Of a stretch of DNA of 64,000 nucleotides, positions 48,876 to 59,082 are shown piece by piece (positions within the stretch are counted from its first letter, which is position 1; every line of letters begins with the position of its first letter). The notes below the pieces were generated by a model, which was not told the origin of the DNA, did no database searches, and saw nothing but the letters and a program-made list of their open reading frames with translations. This DNA is from Gemmatimonadota bacterium. GTDB taxonomy: Bacteria > Gemmatimonadota > Gemmatimonadetes > Longimicrobiales > Gaopeijiaceae. The stretch lies in assembly GCA_039589315.1 (NCBI GenBank), contig JBDHHQ010000003.1, positions 96,001 through 160,000 of the forward strand, read 5' to 3'. The position numbers and the translations under genes were made by a program.

Positions 48876-49946
48876 CTACGGCACGGGCATGCGGCCCACC
48901 GCAGCTTCCACCAATGAACCGAAGTAGAGCGAGCCTCCCACTTGTTCCACGCTGGAGATCTGGCGGTAGCGGGCCCGAGGATCCTGGGGGGCGTCGGCGA
49001 CGCTACCACGAGCGTCCAGGCGGAGGATGAACCCGTACTCGCCGGGAACGGGCAGGAACGACTCGGGGAGACGCCAGATGAGCCGGCGCATGAACCTGCT
49101 CTGCAGGAGGGACTGATCCAACTCGGCGTTTCTCGGCGCAATGAGCGCCAACCAGAACCCATTCCGCCCGTTGGACGAGATCCCATCCGGGAAGCCCGGG
49201 AGGTTCTCGATCACCACCTCCGAGGTTCCCGCCCGCTCTCCGGCCACCCATACCCGCCGAACGCGGTACTTGCCGGTCTCCACGACCATCACGGACTGCT
49301 GGTCTGGGCTCACGGCAACTCCGTTGGCGAAGTAGAGGCTGTCGAGGACGAGTCGGGTGTCGCCGGAGGCCGGATCGTAGGCGAGGAGCCGCCCGTTGGG
49401 CCGGTGCTCCAGCAGTTCGGCCCAGTACATGTCGAGGGGGAACTTCCGCGAGGTGTCGCTGAAGTAGATGGTCCCGTCCGCGGCCACGTCCACGTCATTG
49501 GTCAGCCGGAACGGGACCCCGCCCTCTTCGGTGGTCAGGACCGTAGCCTGGCCGTCGGGCGAGATGGACAGGAGGCCGCGAAACGCGTCCGCCACGATGA
49601 GGTTGCCGGCGCCATCGAAGTCGAGCCCGAGGGGGCGGCCTCCCGTGGTCGCGAAGTCCTCGGCGCCGCTTCCGTCGGGAGCCAGCCGAACGATGCGGCC
49701 GTCCTCCACTCCGCCGTAGATGCGCCCCTGGCGGTCCACCGCCACGTCCTCCGGTCCCACGCCCATCCCTTCGCCCAGGCGCTGGATCGCGGCCAACCGT
49801 TGGTTCGGGCGGTACAGGCCGGTTAGCCGGGGTGGGTTCGGTGGGGTCCACTCCACCGGATCGATGGGGACCGGAGCCTGGAGCAGGTAGGCCAGGCCGA
49901 GCAAGACGCCGGCGATCATGAGGATCAGGAGGATTCGGGCGAACAT
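48876..49946 (-). CDS. SMP-30/strictosidine-synthase-like (APMAP-type) beta-propeller protein
   Basis: GPEDVA, GGRPLGL, TNDVD, IYFSD, LYFANGVA, NLPGFPDGI. Confidence 0.92.
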   Translation of the reverse strand: MFARILLILMIAGVLLGLAYLLQAPVPIDPVEWTPPNPPRLTGLYRPNQRLAAIQRLGEGMGVGPEDVAVDRQGRIYGGVEDGRIVRLAPDGSGAEDFATTGGRPLGLDFDGAGNLIVADAFRGLLSISPDGQATVLTTEEGGVPFRLTNDVDVAADGTIYFSDTSRKFPLDMYWAELLEHRPNGRLLAYDPASGDTRLVLDSLYFANGVAVSPDQQSVMVVETGKYRVRRVWVAGERAGTSEVVIENLPGFPDGISSNGRNGFWLALIAPRNAELDQSLLQSRFMRRLIWRLPESFLPVPGEYGFILRLDARGSVADAPQDPRARYRQISSVEQVGGSLYFGSLVEAAVGRMPVP

Positions 49947-49998
49947 CGCTTCCTCTCAACGTGGGTCGGACCGTACGGCGCGATCCGGAATGATCGTT

Positions 49999-50862
49999 CT
50001 ACAGCGTTTCCGCCGGGACGGCCAGGACAGGGCACGGCGAGCGGCGGATCACACGCTCGGTCGTACTGCCGGTCAGGGCATCCATGAATCCGCGGCGGCC
50101 TTCAGTGACCATCACGACCAGGTTGGCCATGAAGTCATCGGCCGCCATGACGATCTCGTGAGCGACGTCACCAGATCGCGTCTCGTGCTCGAATCTCCAC
50201 CGATCGTCCGCCGGGAGGTCCAGCTCGGGTGCACCGTCCGGGCTTCCGACGTGAAACAGGGTGATGGTCGGCGATCCACCGCCTCCGTAGCCGTCGACGG
50301 CGTTCATCGCCGCGTCCACGCCCGGCTCGGGAGCCGGGTCCCGCGCTACCGGGACGAGGATCCGATCCAGGGTGACGGCTCCGTCCGCCTCGGCCACACA
50401 TCCCCGGGCGCCGTTGGGGACGAAGAGGGTGGTCACCGCCGCGTGGCGAGCCAGCGGCTCGGCCACCGAGCCCTGAATGAACCGGTCCAGCCCCTCCCGT
50501 CCGGCGGTGGCCAGCACCAGCATGTCGGTCATGTGATCCGCCATGTACGCGAGGATGCCGTCCACGACACCCCTGCCGCGGATCGACACCTTCTCCACCT
50601 GCACGCCCAGCTCGGACAGCACGGCGCTCCGTCCGGCCCCCGGCTCCAGCAGTTTCCACCGCTCGAGCATTTCGCGAACCCCTGGAAACTGGTGCCAATC
50701 CGACTGGCCCCCCTCGCCGCCGGCGTGTAACAGGGTCAGCCGCGCTTTGTGACGAATCGCCAGTCGCAGCGCGTGCGCGAAGGCCGTTACGCTCCCCGGA
50801 CCGAAGTCGGTGGGGTGAAGGATGGACGCGTAGCGCAAAGGCGTCCAGGACGGTCCCGACAT
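49999..50862 (-). CDS. Tandem universal stress protein
   Basis: ILHPTDF, LTLLH, GSVAE; second domain GSTTERVIRRSPCPVLAV. Confidence 0.9.
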   Translation of the reverse strand: MSGPSWTPLRYASILHPTDFGPGSVTAFAHALRLAIRHKARLTLLHAGGEGGQSDWHQFPGVREMLERWKLLEPGAGRSAVLSELGVQVEKVSIRGRGVVDGILAYMADHMTDMLVLATAGREGLDRFIQGSVAEPLARHAAVTTLFVPNGARGCVAEADGAVTLDRILVPVARDPAPEPGVDAAMNAVDGYGGGGSPTITLFHVGSPDGAPELDLPADDRWRFEHETRSGDVAHEIVMAADDFMANLVVMVTEGRRGFMDALTGSTTERVIRRSPCPVLAVPAETL

Positions 50863-51280
50863 GGATTGGCTCGGTCTCCCGTGAGGATCTCTCGTGGCGG
50901 TGCCGGCCACGGCCGTGTCGACGTTCCGACCACGGTGGCCCTGCCCGCACGACCCGTCAAGGCGAACGTCTCGGACAATTGCAAGGTTCGGGCCGGGAGG
51001 GTCGATCTTGCCTGTCCGAGGCGGGGCTTCGTGGATCCCTCGCCCCCCGGCGGACCAACGCGCATCGCCGCGCCTCGCCCCTACCCGCCGCCGCCCTCTG
51101 GCCAACGGCGATGACGGGCTCTAACGTCGGACACGATCGGGTCCACCCACCCGCCTCGCCCTCCGGCGACTGGCCCGGTCGCAGGTCGGTTCCGCCCTCC
51201 CCACATGGCGGAAATCGCCTGGCATTTCCCCGTAGGTAACGAGGGATCGGACAGACGGGTCGCTGACAAGGAGGAGTGGT

Positions 51281-52072
51281 ATGGACGCGCAGGACTCGGG
51301 ACGATGGGTCTGGTACGACCTCATGACGACGACACCGGAGGCGGCGGAGAGCTTCTATCGGGCCGTCGTGGGCTGGGGGATCGAGGAGTGGGACGGACCG
51401 ACGCCGGACACCCCCTATCACATGTGGACCACATCCGAAGGGGCGATCGGTGGCGTGGTCCAGCTCCCGGAGGAGGCGCAGGCGGCGGGGGCACCACCCC
51501 ACTGGCTCGCTTACGTGTGTGTCTCCGACGTTGACGCCGTCGTGACGAAGGCCACCCAGCTCGGTGCCGCCGCGCTCATGCCCGGCATGGACATTCCCGG
51601 CGTGGGACGCATCGCCACCCTGCGGGACCCCCAGGGCGCGGTGTTCGCCGTTTACACGCCGGCGGGAGATCCGCCCGGCCACGGCGGCGCGCCCCGCCTC
51701 GGGGAGTTCAGCTGGCACGAGCTCGCCACCACCGACCAGTCGGCGGCGTTCGACTTCTACCACGAGCTGTTCGGCTGGGAGAAGACCGACGCGATGGACA
51801 TGGGTGAAGACGGGATGTACGACATGTTCGGCGCCCACGGCGACACCTATGGTGGCATCTTCTCCAAGCCGGCAGAGATGCCGGGGCCACCGGCGTGGAT
51901 GTTCTACGCCATGGTGGAGGACATCGCCCGGGCGGTGGAGGCGGTGACGGCCAACGGGGGGCAGGTGCTCAATGGCCCCATGGAGGTCCCCGGTGGGGAC
52001 CAGATCGCCCAGTGCATGGATCCGCAGGGCGCCATGTTCGCCATCCACGCGAAGGCCACGGCCTCGGCCTGA
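51281..52072 (+). CDS. Tandem VOC/glyoxalase family protein
   Basis: Two repeats of W.(D/E)L.T......FY...GW ... DPQGA.F; AGGAGG RBS. Confidence 0.92.
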   Translation: MDAQDSGRWVWYDLMTTTPEAAESFYRAVVGWGIEEWDGPTPDTPYHMWTTSEGAIGGVVQLPEEAQAAGAPPHWLAYVCVSDVDAVVTKATQLGAAALMPGMDIPGVGRIATLRDPQGAVFAVYTPAGDPPGHGGAPRLGEFSWHELATTDQSAAFDFYHELFGWEKTDAMDMGEDGMYDMFGAHGDTYGGIFSKPAEMPGPPAWMFYAMVEDIARAVEAVTANGGQVLNGPMEVPGGDQIAQCMDPQGAMFAIHAKATASA

Positions 52073-52239
52073 AGCGGAGGCGGCGGTGCACCCGTTCGTG
52101 GTGCGCCGCCGCCATGCTGGCCCCACGTTCCGAACCGTAGCCGCCCGAGCCCGGGCCGGGGCCGCCCGACCCAACGGGTGGGTGAGGCGTCGGGGCGTCC
52201 CGACGCCCGGTCGCCGTCGGTGCGCCTACCCACGGCCTC

Positions 52240-53337
52240 TCATCCGGCCGGCACTTGGTCACCTCGCCGCGCCAGCCACACGCCCCAGGTCAGGACCGGG
52301 ATCACGTACACCACCAGGAACGCCCACGTCAGCGTGCCGTAGCCCCGGGCGATCAAGTCCACCAGGCCGACCCGGGCCAATAGGGCCGCACCCAGCAGGA
52401 ACCCGACTGCCACGACGGGCCGCACCAGCCTCGGCAAGTGAGTGCCGCGCTCTGCGAAGACGGACTCCACCCGCTCGTTGACCGCGTGGATGAAGCCGGT
52501 TCCGGTTTCCACCAGGGTGCCGAAGAGGACGAGCTGGAAGGTGAGCTGGAAGGTACGCGATCCCAGCGCCTCGAGGACGAAGTTGGCCGGCACCGCCCGG
52601 TCGAGAACGGCCGGGTAGAGACCCACCATGGCCACGTAGAACAGGAAGGCCGGCACGATGGCGATGACGCCGGCCAGCAGTCCCGCCCCCACGGCTTCGC
52701 GGCGGGTCTCGATGTGGCGGACGGCGAACAGAACGGCCGGAATGACCGCCAGGTTGTAGGCCGCGTACTCGACGCCGCCCCGGAGCCAGGCCCCCTCGAG
52801 CCCGCTGGCCGAAAACGCGGCCGCGATGTCACCGCCGAAGCGGGCCACCGCCCAGATCACCAGCACGAGGTAGACGGCGTACAGCAGAAACGACCACCCG
52901 GCCAGGAATCGCTCGATCAGGTCACTCCCGAAGAACACGAGCACGCCTACGGCCGCCATGATGCCCACGACACCCACGGCATACGGCAAGCCGAAGGTCT
53001 CCTCGAGGATGGATCCCGCGGCCGCGGCGACGACCGCCAGCACGATGAGCATCAACAGGATGTAGCAGACTTCGAAGACGACCCACCCCCGGCCGAGGAG
53101 ACCCTTGAAGAACGTGCGGTAGTCGTACGCACCCCACAGGCGAGCCAGCTCGAACGTCACCGCACAGACCAGGCTCCAGATGACGGCCGACACGAGCAGC
53201 ATCGCGGCCAGGCCGCTGACGGGTCCGAGCAGCAGAAAGAACTCGACGATTTCCCGGCCCGTGCCGTAGCCGCCGGCGATCACCACTGACTGGAAGACCA
53301 TGCCGGGGAGGAAGTACTTTTTGAAGACCAGCGGCAC
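52240..53337 (-). CDS. YkvI-like polytopic membrane protein (putative transporter)
   Basis: IAGGYGTGREIVEFF motif; about 10 TM helices; LIARGYG. Confidence 0.8.
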   Translation of the reverse strand: MPLVFKKYFLPGMVFQSVVIAGGYGTGREIVEFFLLLGPVSGLAAMLLVSAVIWSLVCAVTFELARLWGAYDYRTFFKGLLGRGWVVFEVCYILLMLIVLAVVAAAAGSILEETFGLPYAVGVVGIMAAVGVLVFFGSDLIERFLAGWSFLLYAVYLVLVIWAVARFGGDIAAAFSASGLEGAWLRGGVEYAAYNLAVIPAVLFAVRHIETRREAVGAGLLAGVIAIVPAFLFYVAMVGLYPAVLDRAVPANFVLEALGSRTFQLTFQLVLFGTLVETGTGFIHAVNERVESVFAERGTHLPRLVRPVVAVGFLLGAALLARVGLVDLIARGYGTLTWAFLVVYVIPVLTWGVWLARRGDQVPAG

Positions 53338-53480
53338 GCGGCCAGCTCCTGGGTTCTCGGGGAACGATTGGGTCGAAGGTGGTGTTCAGCCGGAGTGGGA
53401 CGCAACGGGCCAGGCGCGGTGAGACCGCCGTCCACGGGAACCGGACGATCCTGGACCAGACCAGAATGCGGAGGGCGTTG

Positions 53481-54062
53481 ATGGAGGATTCACGGGTGAC
53501 TCGGGCCGGATGGGCGCTCGCGCTGGTCTCGACCGTGGGAGTGGGCGCTTGCGGTGGGGGGGTGGCGGTGAACTCGGACTACGACCCGGGCGCGGACTTC
53601 GCCAGCTACAGCACCTACGCCTGGGCCGAGCGGACGGACCGGGGCGACGACGATCCCCGGGTCTACAACGCCATCACGATGCAGCGCGTGAAGACCGCCG
53701 TGGACCGGGCCCTCGGCGCCAAGGGCTACACCGAAGCCAGCGGCGCCGCCGACTTCTACGTCGCGTGGCATGGGGCCATCGAAGGCCAGATGAGCTACCA
53801 GACCATCAACAGCCACTACGGCTACGGCTGGGGCTGGTACGGCGGCATGGGGGTCGGCACGTCGAATACCTACGTCAACGAATGGGACGAGGGGACGCTT
53901 CTCGTCGACATCGTCGACGCCGGCACCAATCAACTGGTCTGGCGCGGCACGGCGACCGGGACGGTCGAGCCCGACCTGTCTCCGCAGGAGTCCCAGGCCC
54001 GACTCGACGACGCGGCGGCCAAGCTGTTGCAGACCTTTCCGCCCGAAGGCACCGGCGGCTGA
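53481..54062 (+). CDS. DUF4136 lipoprotein
   Basis: Lipobox VGAC; DYDPGADF..Y.TYAW, EGTLLVDIVDA..NQLVWRG, FPP. Confidence 0.9.
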   Translation: MEDSRVTRAGWALALVSTVGVGACGGGVAVNSDYDPGADFASYSTYAWAERTDRGDDDPRVYNAITMQRVKTAVDRALGAKGYTEASGAADFYVAWHGAIEGQMSYQTINSHYGYGWGWYGGMGVGTSNTYVNEWDEGTLLVDIVDAGTNQLVWRGTATGTVEPDLSPQESQARLDDAAAKLLQTFPPEGTGG

Positions 54063-54202
54063 CGCGCCTGGCGGCACGGCCGTAAGGGGTCGTCCGCCAC
54101 CCGACCGTCCTCCTCCCCCTCCCCACCTTCGCGGGGCCCCGACGATGAAACGGGCGGCCCGCGCCCGGCCCCGGTGTCCAAGCGGCCAGGGGCCCCGAGT
54201 CG

Positions 54203-55597
54203 TCAGGGGTTCCCCATCCCTATTACGCGGCCCCCGATGAAGAGCTGGAATCCCAACAGCAGCTTGACGCGGAAGAAGGAGATGCTCCCGTCCGGGATCG
54301 GGGCGATAACGCCCCCACCCCCCGTGTCGCCGTCCGCCACGCCCTCGTGTGGGATCGTGTCCTGTCCGTAGGCCAGGGCGGTCCCGAGGGTCAGGTCGAA
54401 GGACCGGAAGTGCAGGCCGGCGCCCAGGGTCAGGTGGTACAGATCCCAGGTGGCCACGCTCACCGTCTGACGGTCGCCCGGAGGCGCCGCCGAAAAATCG
54501 GTACGGAGGCTGCCGTATCCGGTGACCGCTTCAGAGAACGCATACTCGGCGCCGGCACCGGCGTTGAACACGCTCCTGAGCTCGCCCTGCAGGGGAATGC
54601 GTAGCGTGTCGCCCTGCGTCTGACTGCGGAACGCCTGGGTCTCCACCACGTCGTAGGTCTCCACGGACCCGAACCACTCGGCCGTCACATGGACCGCACC
54701 GCCGGTCAACGAGTAGCTCACTCCGGCCGAAAGGGACCAGGGCGTCTTCCAGCTCGCACGCAGTTCCTTCTGGCTGGAAGCGGCGAGTCGCGGCTCCTGT
54801 TCAGAGCCCGACGGTGTGTGTTCGAAGGTGGTGCCGTTGGACGCCGACTCGCCGGAGCCGGAAAGCCGGAGGGCGGGCGTCGTGACCGCGCCCCCGAGCC
54901 CCCACTTCCCGACTTCCGCCTTGATGCCCGCCTTCCACAGAAGGCGCCAGGCCGTGTACTCGAAGTCCTGACTCTGGAAGGACCCCCTGAGCTCGGGCAA
55001 CTGTGAGAACGACTCGAGAACCCGATTCAGCTCCGTGCTCTGGGATCGAATGCTCAGGAAGTGGGTGATGCCCACGCCCACGTGGGGTGCGACGGGATAG
55101 GCCCACGACAGCCCGACCCAGGTCTCCGTCACGCGGTGGTCCAACACCGCCTCCTGCACACCGCCCACGCTGTCCGGGTCGGTGTCCACGACGGCGCGCG
55201 GGTCCACCAGCCTCCCCGCCAGCCGCGTACGGAGTCTGTTCCGGGTGAAGGCCGAGTACGACAGACTGCTCTTCCCGAACCAACCCAGGGGGAGATTGCC
55301 CGCGATGAAGTCCGGACTCACGTCCAGACGGCGGGAGTGGAGATCGGGCTCGGTCGCGACACCGCTCAACGTGATCCACGTGTGCTGGAATCCGTTGGCC
55401 GTGATGAGGAACGCCGGCTGATCTACGAGCCCGAGCGCCCCCGGGTTGTAGAACGCCGCGGACGGATCGTCCACGGCGCCGACGATGAGGCCGCCGAGCA
55501 GATCGCCCCGCGCCCCGAACTGCTCCGTCCAGTGGTGGGCGTCCTGGGCGAGGAGCGGACCGGGCGGGAACGCGGCCAGGACGATCAGAAGTGCCAT
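54203..55597 (-). CDS. FadL/TodX-like outer-membrane beta-barrel
   Basis: Signal peptide; GAR...LGG...G.VDDPSAAFYNPGAL N-terminal motif; amphipathic strands. Start may be 55636. Confidence 0.7.
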   Translation of the reverse strand: MALLIVLAAFPPGPLLAQDAHHWTEQFGARGDLLGGLIVGAVDDPSAAFYNPGALGLVDQPAFLITANGFQHTWITLSGVATEPDLHSRRLDVSPDFIAGNLPLGWFGKSSLSYSAFTRNRLRTRLAGRLVDPRAVVDTDPDSVGGVQEAVLDHRVTETWVGLSWAYPVAPHVGVGITHFLSIRSQSTELNRVLESFSQLPELRGSFQSQDFEYTAWRLLWKAGIKAEVGKWGLGGAVTTPALRLSGSGESASNGTTFEHTPSGSEQEPRLAASSQKELRASWKTPWSLSAGVSYSLTGGAVHVTAEWFGSVETYDVVETQAFRSQTQGDTLRIPLQGELRSVFNAGAGAEYAFSEAVTGYGSLRTDFSAAPPGDRQTVSVATWDLYHLTLGAGLHFRSFDLTLGTALAYGQDTIPHEGVADGDTGGGGVIAPIPDGSISFFRVKLLLGFQLFIGGRVIGMGNP

Positions 55598-55811
55598 TCG
55601 TCGGACGTACGGCGCAGCCGGAAGGTGATGGGCCATGGAGGCGTCGAGGACTCGTGGGAGTGCCAATCGGGGTCCGCGCTCGCCGCGCCCCCCGTTCGTC
55701 CCCGAATGTGGATCGCCTGGCCACCGGCCGCCACCGCAAGGGGGGCTGGCTCTTCCTCAGGGCTCCGGTGTACCCTGGCCTCGATCCCCGCCCATCCATG
55801 CGGAGTACGCC

Positions 55812-56267
55812 GTGCCCCAACGCGACTACATCCTCCGAATGATCGAGCAGATGGGGCAGGTCCTCATCGCCCTCCGCAACCGGGTCCTGGGCCGTTCGGT
55901 CACCACCCAGGAGCTCGCCGAAGGGTTCTCGCAGGTCGTGGCCCACACCGGTATCGACGTCGACCTGGCCAGGTCGGCGACGCCGGAGACGCTCCAGCTC
56001 CTGGTGGCTCCGACGGGAGAGGTGGAGCCCGGACGGTGTTGGCTCGTTGCGGAGATGCTGACGGTGGACGGACTTCACGCCGAGTCCGAAGACCGCGAGG
56101 CCGATGCCGTCGCTGCCTACGAGCGAGCGATGGCGCTCTTCAGCCTGCTGGAGCCGGGCGGCGCATTCCTCGTGGGACTGCCGGAGGCGGCCGAGCGCAT
56201 CGAGGACCTGACCCAGCGCCTCGCGCGGCTTCCGGACGCCCATCGAAACGGCTCCCCGCCGGCCTGA
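55812..56267 (+). CDS. DUF6483-like helical protein
   Basis: N-terminal QRDYILRMIEQMGQVL. Confidence 0.7.
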   Translation: MPQRDYILRMIEQMGQVLIALRNRVLGRSVTTQELAEGFSQVVAHTGIDVDLARSATPETLQLLVAPTGEVEPGRCWLVAEMLTVDGLHAESEDREADAVAAYERAMALFSLLEPGGAFLVGLPEAAERIEDLTQRLARLPDAHRNGSPPA

Positions 56268-56276
56268 CCCACGCCC

Positions 56277-58019
56277 GTGTCGCACCCCGAGAGCCTCCAG
56301 CACGCCTTCGAGCGCGTCGCCGCCGACTTCCCCGATCGGGGCATCGCGGTCTACGACCGTCGAGGCCGGCACCGCGAACACCGGCGCTATCCGGAGGTCG
56401 TTGCAGCGGCCCGGGCGTTCGCGGGCAAGTGGGCAGCGCTCGGCGCCTCGCCCGGTGAGCCGGTCCTGGTGAGCCTGCCGACGTCGTGGGACTGGTTCGA
56501 CGCCTGGCTGGGCGCCCTCTTCCTGGGCGCCCACCCGGTCGCCATGGCGCCGGCGCCGGCGTTCGGAGCGGCCGAGGGTCACGTGCGGAGGATCGCGAGC
56601 ATCCTGGAGGGGTTGGGCGCCGGTCGGGCGGTGGTATCCGACGCGGTGCGCGACGAAGCCCGCCGCCTCGGGGAAGAGCACGTCGTTCGCGCTGCGGTGA
56701 CCCCGAGCGAGTTGAGGACGGTCACGCCGGCCGCAGTCGTACCCCCGGCCCCCGCCCCGGGCGACCTGGCGTTCCTGCAGCTCACCAGCGGGTCGACCGG
56801 CCTACCGCGGGCGGTCATGATCCCCCATCGCGCCGCGCTCCACAACGCCATGGCCATCGACTACGCCATCGGCGCCCCGCAGAACACGCAGGCGCGAGCG
56901 TTCACGGAGTCCATCGTGTCGTGGCTGCCCCTCCATCACGACATGGGACTGGTCGGGTGCTTTCTCCTGGCCGTGAGGTACGGGTACGCGCTGACCCTCT
57001 TCCAGCCCGCCACTTTTCTGGCACGCCCTCACCTCTGGCTCGACGAGATGAGCGGCGGCCCCGCGTGCATGACCACGGCTCCCAACTTCGCCTACCAGCT
57101 CTGCGTGGAGCGGGTCGCCGAGCGTCGCCTCGAGGAGCTGGACCTCGCGTCGGTGCGGAACGCCATGACGGGCGCAGAGATGATCCGTCCCGAGACCGTG
57201 GGTGCCTTCCTCGACCTCTTCGGACCCCGGGGCTTCGGCACGTCGACCTTCCGCCCCTGCTATGGGCTCGCGGAAGCCACGCTGGCCGTCACCTTCGACC
57301 AGTCGGGGGGAGAGGTACGCACTCGGCCGGCCCCCGAGGACACCGATCGATCGCTGGGCCTTCGGGACGTCGTGTGCAACGGGCCGCCGGTGCTCGACAC
57401 CGAGGTGCGGATCTGCGGCCCGGGCGACGTGCCGCGACCGGAGGGTGCGGTGGGCGAGGTCCAGATCCGCGGCCCCGGGGTGTTCGGGGGATACCTCCAC
57501 GAACCCGAGGCCACGGCCGCGACCCTGCGAAAGGGGTGGCTCTGCACCGGGGACCTGGGCTTCCTGGACGCGGGGGAGCTCTACCTGACGGGCCGCACCA
57601 AGGACCTGCTCATCATCCGCGGCCACAACTTCATGCCCCACGAGCTGGAGTGGGTCGCCGAGGGAGTCACAGGGGGTGGCGGCGCGGTCCGGGCGGGCGC
57701 CTTTTCCGTGGCCGCAGGCCCCACGGGCGAGGAAGCCGTGCTGGTCGTCGAGGCACACGACGTCGATGCGGCCCGCCTCGGAGCCCTGGGCCGGGAGATC
57801 CGGGACTCCGTTGGCCGGAGCCTCTCACTGACGTTGGCCGACCTGGTGTTCGTGCGACGAGGGCGACTGCCCCGCACCACAAGCGGCAAGGTCAAGCGCC
57901 GGCAGCTCCGCGAGCGGTACCTGCGCGGAGAGCTCGACCGACTCGAGGTGCCTGGAGGCCAGGGCGGTGGTTCCGGCGCCCGCACGCCGCGCAACGAGAA
58001 TCACGAGGGCACGCCATGA
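56277..58019 (+). CDS. Fatty acyl-AMP ligase (FAAL)
   Basis: FLQLTSGSTG, SWLPLHHDMGL, PNFAY, PCYGLAEATLAVT, TGDLG, PRTTSGK. Confidence 0.9.
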   Translation: MSHPESLQHAFERVAADFPDRGIAVYDRRGRHREHRRYPEVVAAARAFAGKWAALGASPGEPVLVSLPTSWDWFDAWLGALFLGAHPVAMAPAPAFGAAEGHVRRIASILEGLGAGRAVVSDAVRDEARRLGEEHVVRAAVTPSELRTVTPAAVVPPAPAPGDLAFLQLTSGSTGLPRAVMIPHRAALHNAMAIDYAIGAPQNTQARAFTESIVSWLPLHHDMGLVGCFLLAVRYGYALTLFQPATFLARPHLWLDEMSGGPACMTTAPNFAYQLCVERVAERRLEELDLASVRNAMTGAEMIRPETVGAFLDLFGPRGFGTSTFRPCYGLAEATLAVTFDQSGGEVRTRPAPEDTDRSLGLRDVVCNGPPVLDTEVRICGPGDVPRPEGAVGEVQIRGPGVFGGYLHEPEATAATLRKGWLCTGDLGFLDAGELYLTGRTKDLLIIRGHNFMPHELEWVAEGVTGGGGAVRAGAFSVAAGPTGEEAVLVVEAHDVDAARLGALGREIRDSVGRSLSLTLADLVFVRRGRLPRTTSGKVKRRQLRERYLRGELDRLEVPGGQGGGSGARTPRNENHEGTP

Positions 58020-58249
58020 CGGACGACAACAGGGTCAAGGCGCTCCACATCCTCGCCGAGATCAGCGGAGTGGACCGTGACGAGCTGGAGCCGGGCATGT
58101 CGCTGGCCGGTGACCTGGGCATCGACTCGCCCAGGGCACTCCAGCTGCTCGTGGATCTGGAAGAGGGGCTCGACATCGAGATCTCGGACGAGGACGCCGC
58201 TCGCATGGACACGGTGGGCGACGTCCTGCGCTTCCTGGAGACCCGGTGA
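58016..58249 (+). CDS. Acyl carrier protein
   Basis: 77 aa, acidic; DLGIDS phosphopantetheine site; LEE..DIEISDE..TVGD; ATGA overlap with FAAL. Confidence 0.92.
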   Translation: MTDDNRVKALHILAEISGVDRDELEPGMSLAGDLGIDSPRALQLLVDLEEGLDIEISDEDAARMDTVGDVLRFLETR

Positions 58250-58322
58250 CGGGCGCGTTACCTCCTCGCCTCGGATCCCCCACGGGGATCGGTCGCGACG
58301 GTCACGCCCGTGGACGCGGGGC

Positions 58323-59072
58323 GTGAGACTCCGACCGGACACACGGGCGGGGCGCCTGGCCCTGGGCGTCGCCGGCTGGGTCCTCCGCCGGGCGATCGGC
58401 CTCCTGTCCCGGACCTGGAGCACCCGCATCGTGGACGGGGCGGTGCATCTGGAAGCGGTGCTGGCACGACCCGAGCCCGTCATCCTCACGTTCTGGCACA
58501 ACCGGGCGGTCATGGCGACGCCCTTCCTCAAGGCCCGCCTCCACGACGCCGGTAGCACCGTGGCCGTGCTGGCCAGCGCTTCCCGCGACGGGGAGCTGGC
58601 GACTCGGACCCTCCGCCCGTGGGGCGTACACGTCGTGCGGGGATCTGCCACCCGGGGAGGACGCGAGGCCCTCTGGGGCACGTACCGGGCGCTCCGGAAG
58701 CTGGGCGCGTCTCCGGTCGTGATCCCGGACGGTCCTCAGGGTCCGCCCTACGTCTACAAGGCCGGGGTCCTGCACCTGGCCCGCCTGTCGCGAGCGCCCA
58801 TCCTGCCCCTGGCCTTCGCGTGCGACCGCTACTGGAGCATCGGATCCTGGGACCGGCTCATGGTCCCCCGCCCGTTCGCGCGGGTCTTCGTGGCGCTGGC
58901 GCCGCTGCAGCGTATCCCCAGGGAGCTGGACGACGATGACGTGGAGGCCGCCCGAGTCCGGCAGGAGACGCTCCTCAACGAGGCGTCCAGGACGGCGGAG
59001 ACGGCTGCCGGAATACCCGCATCGCTCGCCCCGCCGCCGGGGGCAGATGAGGGACCGGATCTGGCGCCCTGA
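58323..59072 (+). CDS. DUF374 / LpxJ-like lysophospholipid acyltransferase
   Basis: FWHNR, LASASRDGE, VVRGSATRGG, PDGPQGP, SWDRLMVPRPF. Start uncertain. Confidence 0.88.
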   Translation: MRLRPDTRAGRLALGVAGWVLRRAIGLLSRTWSTRIVDGAVHLEAVLARPEPVILTFWHNRAVMATPFLKARLHDAGSTVAVLASASRDGELATRTLRPWGVHVVRGSATRGGREALWGTYRALRKLGASPVVIPDGPQGPPYVYKAGVLHLARLSRAPILPLAFACDRYWSIGSWDRLMVPRPFARVFVALAPLQRIPRELDDDDVEAARVRQETLLNEASRTAETAAGIPASLAPPPGADEGPDLAP

Positions 59073-59082
59073 GGGGCGGAGC

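Noticed and set aside
50863..51280. ncRNA in the 420-bp usp/VOC divergent spacer
   Set aside because: Only generic GC-rich pairing; no recognisable RNA family motif.
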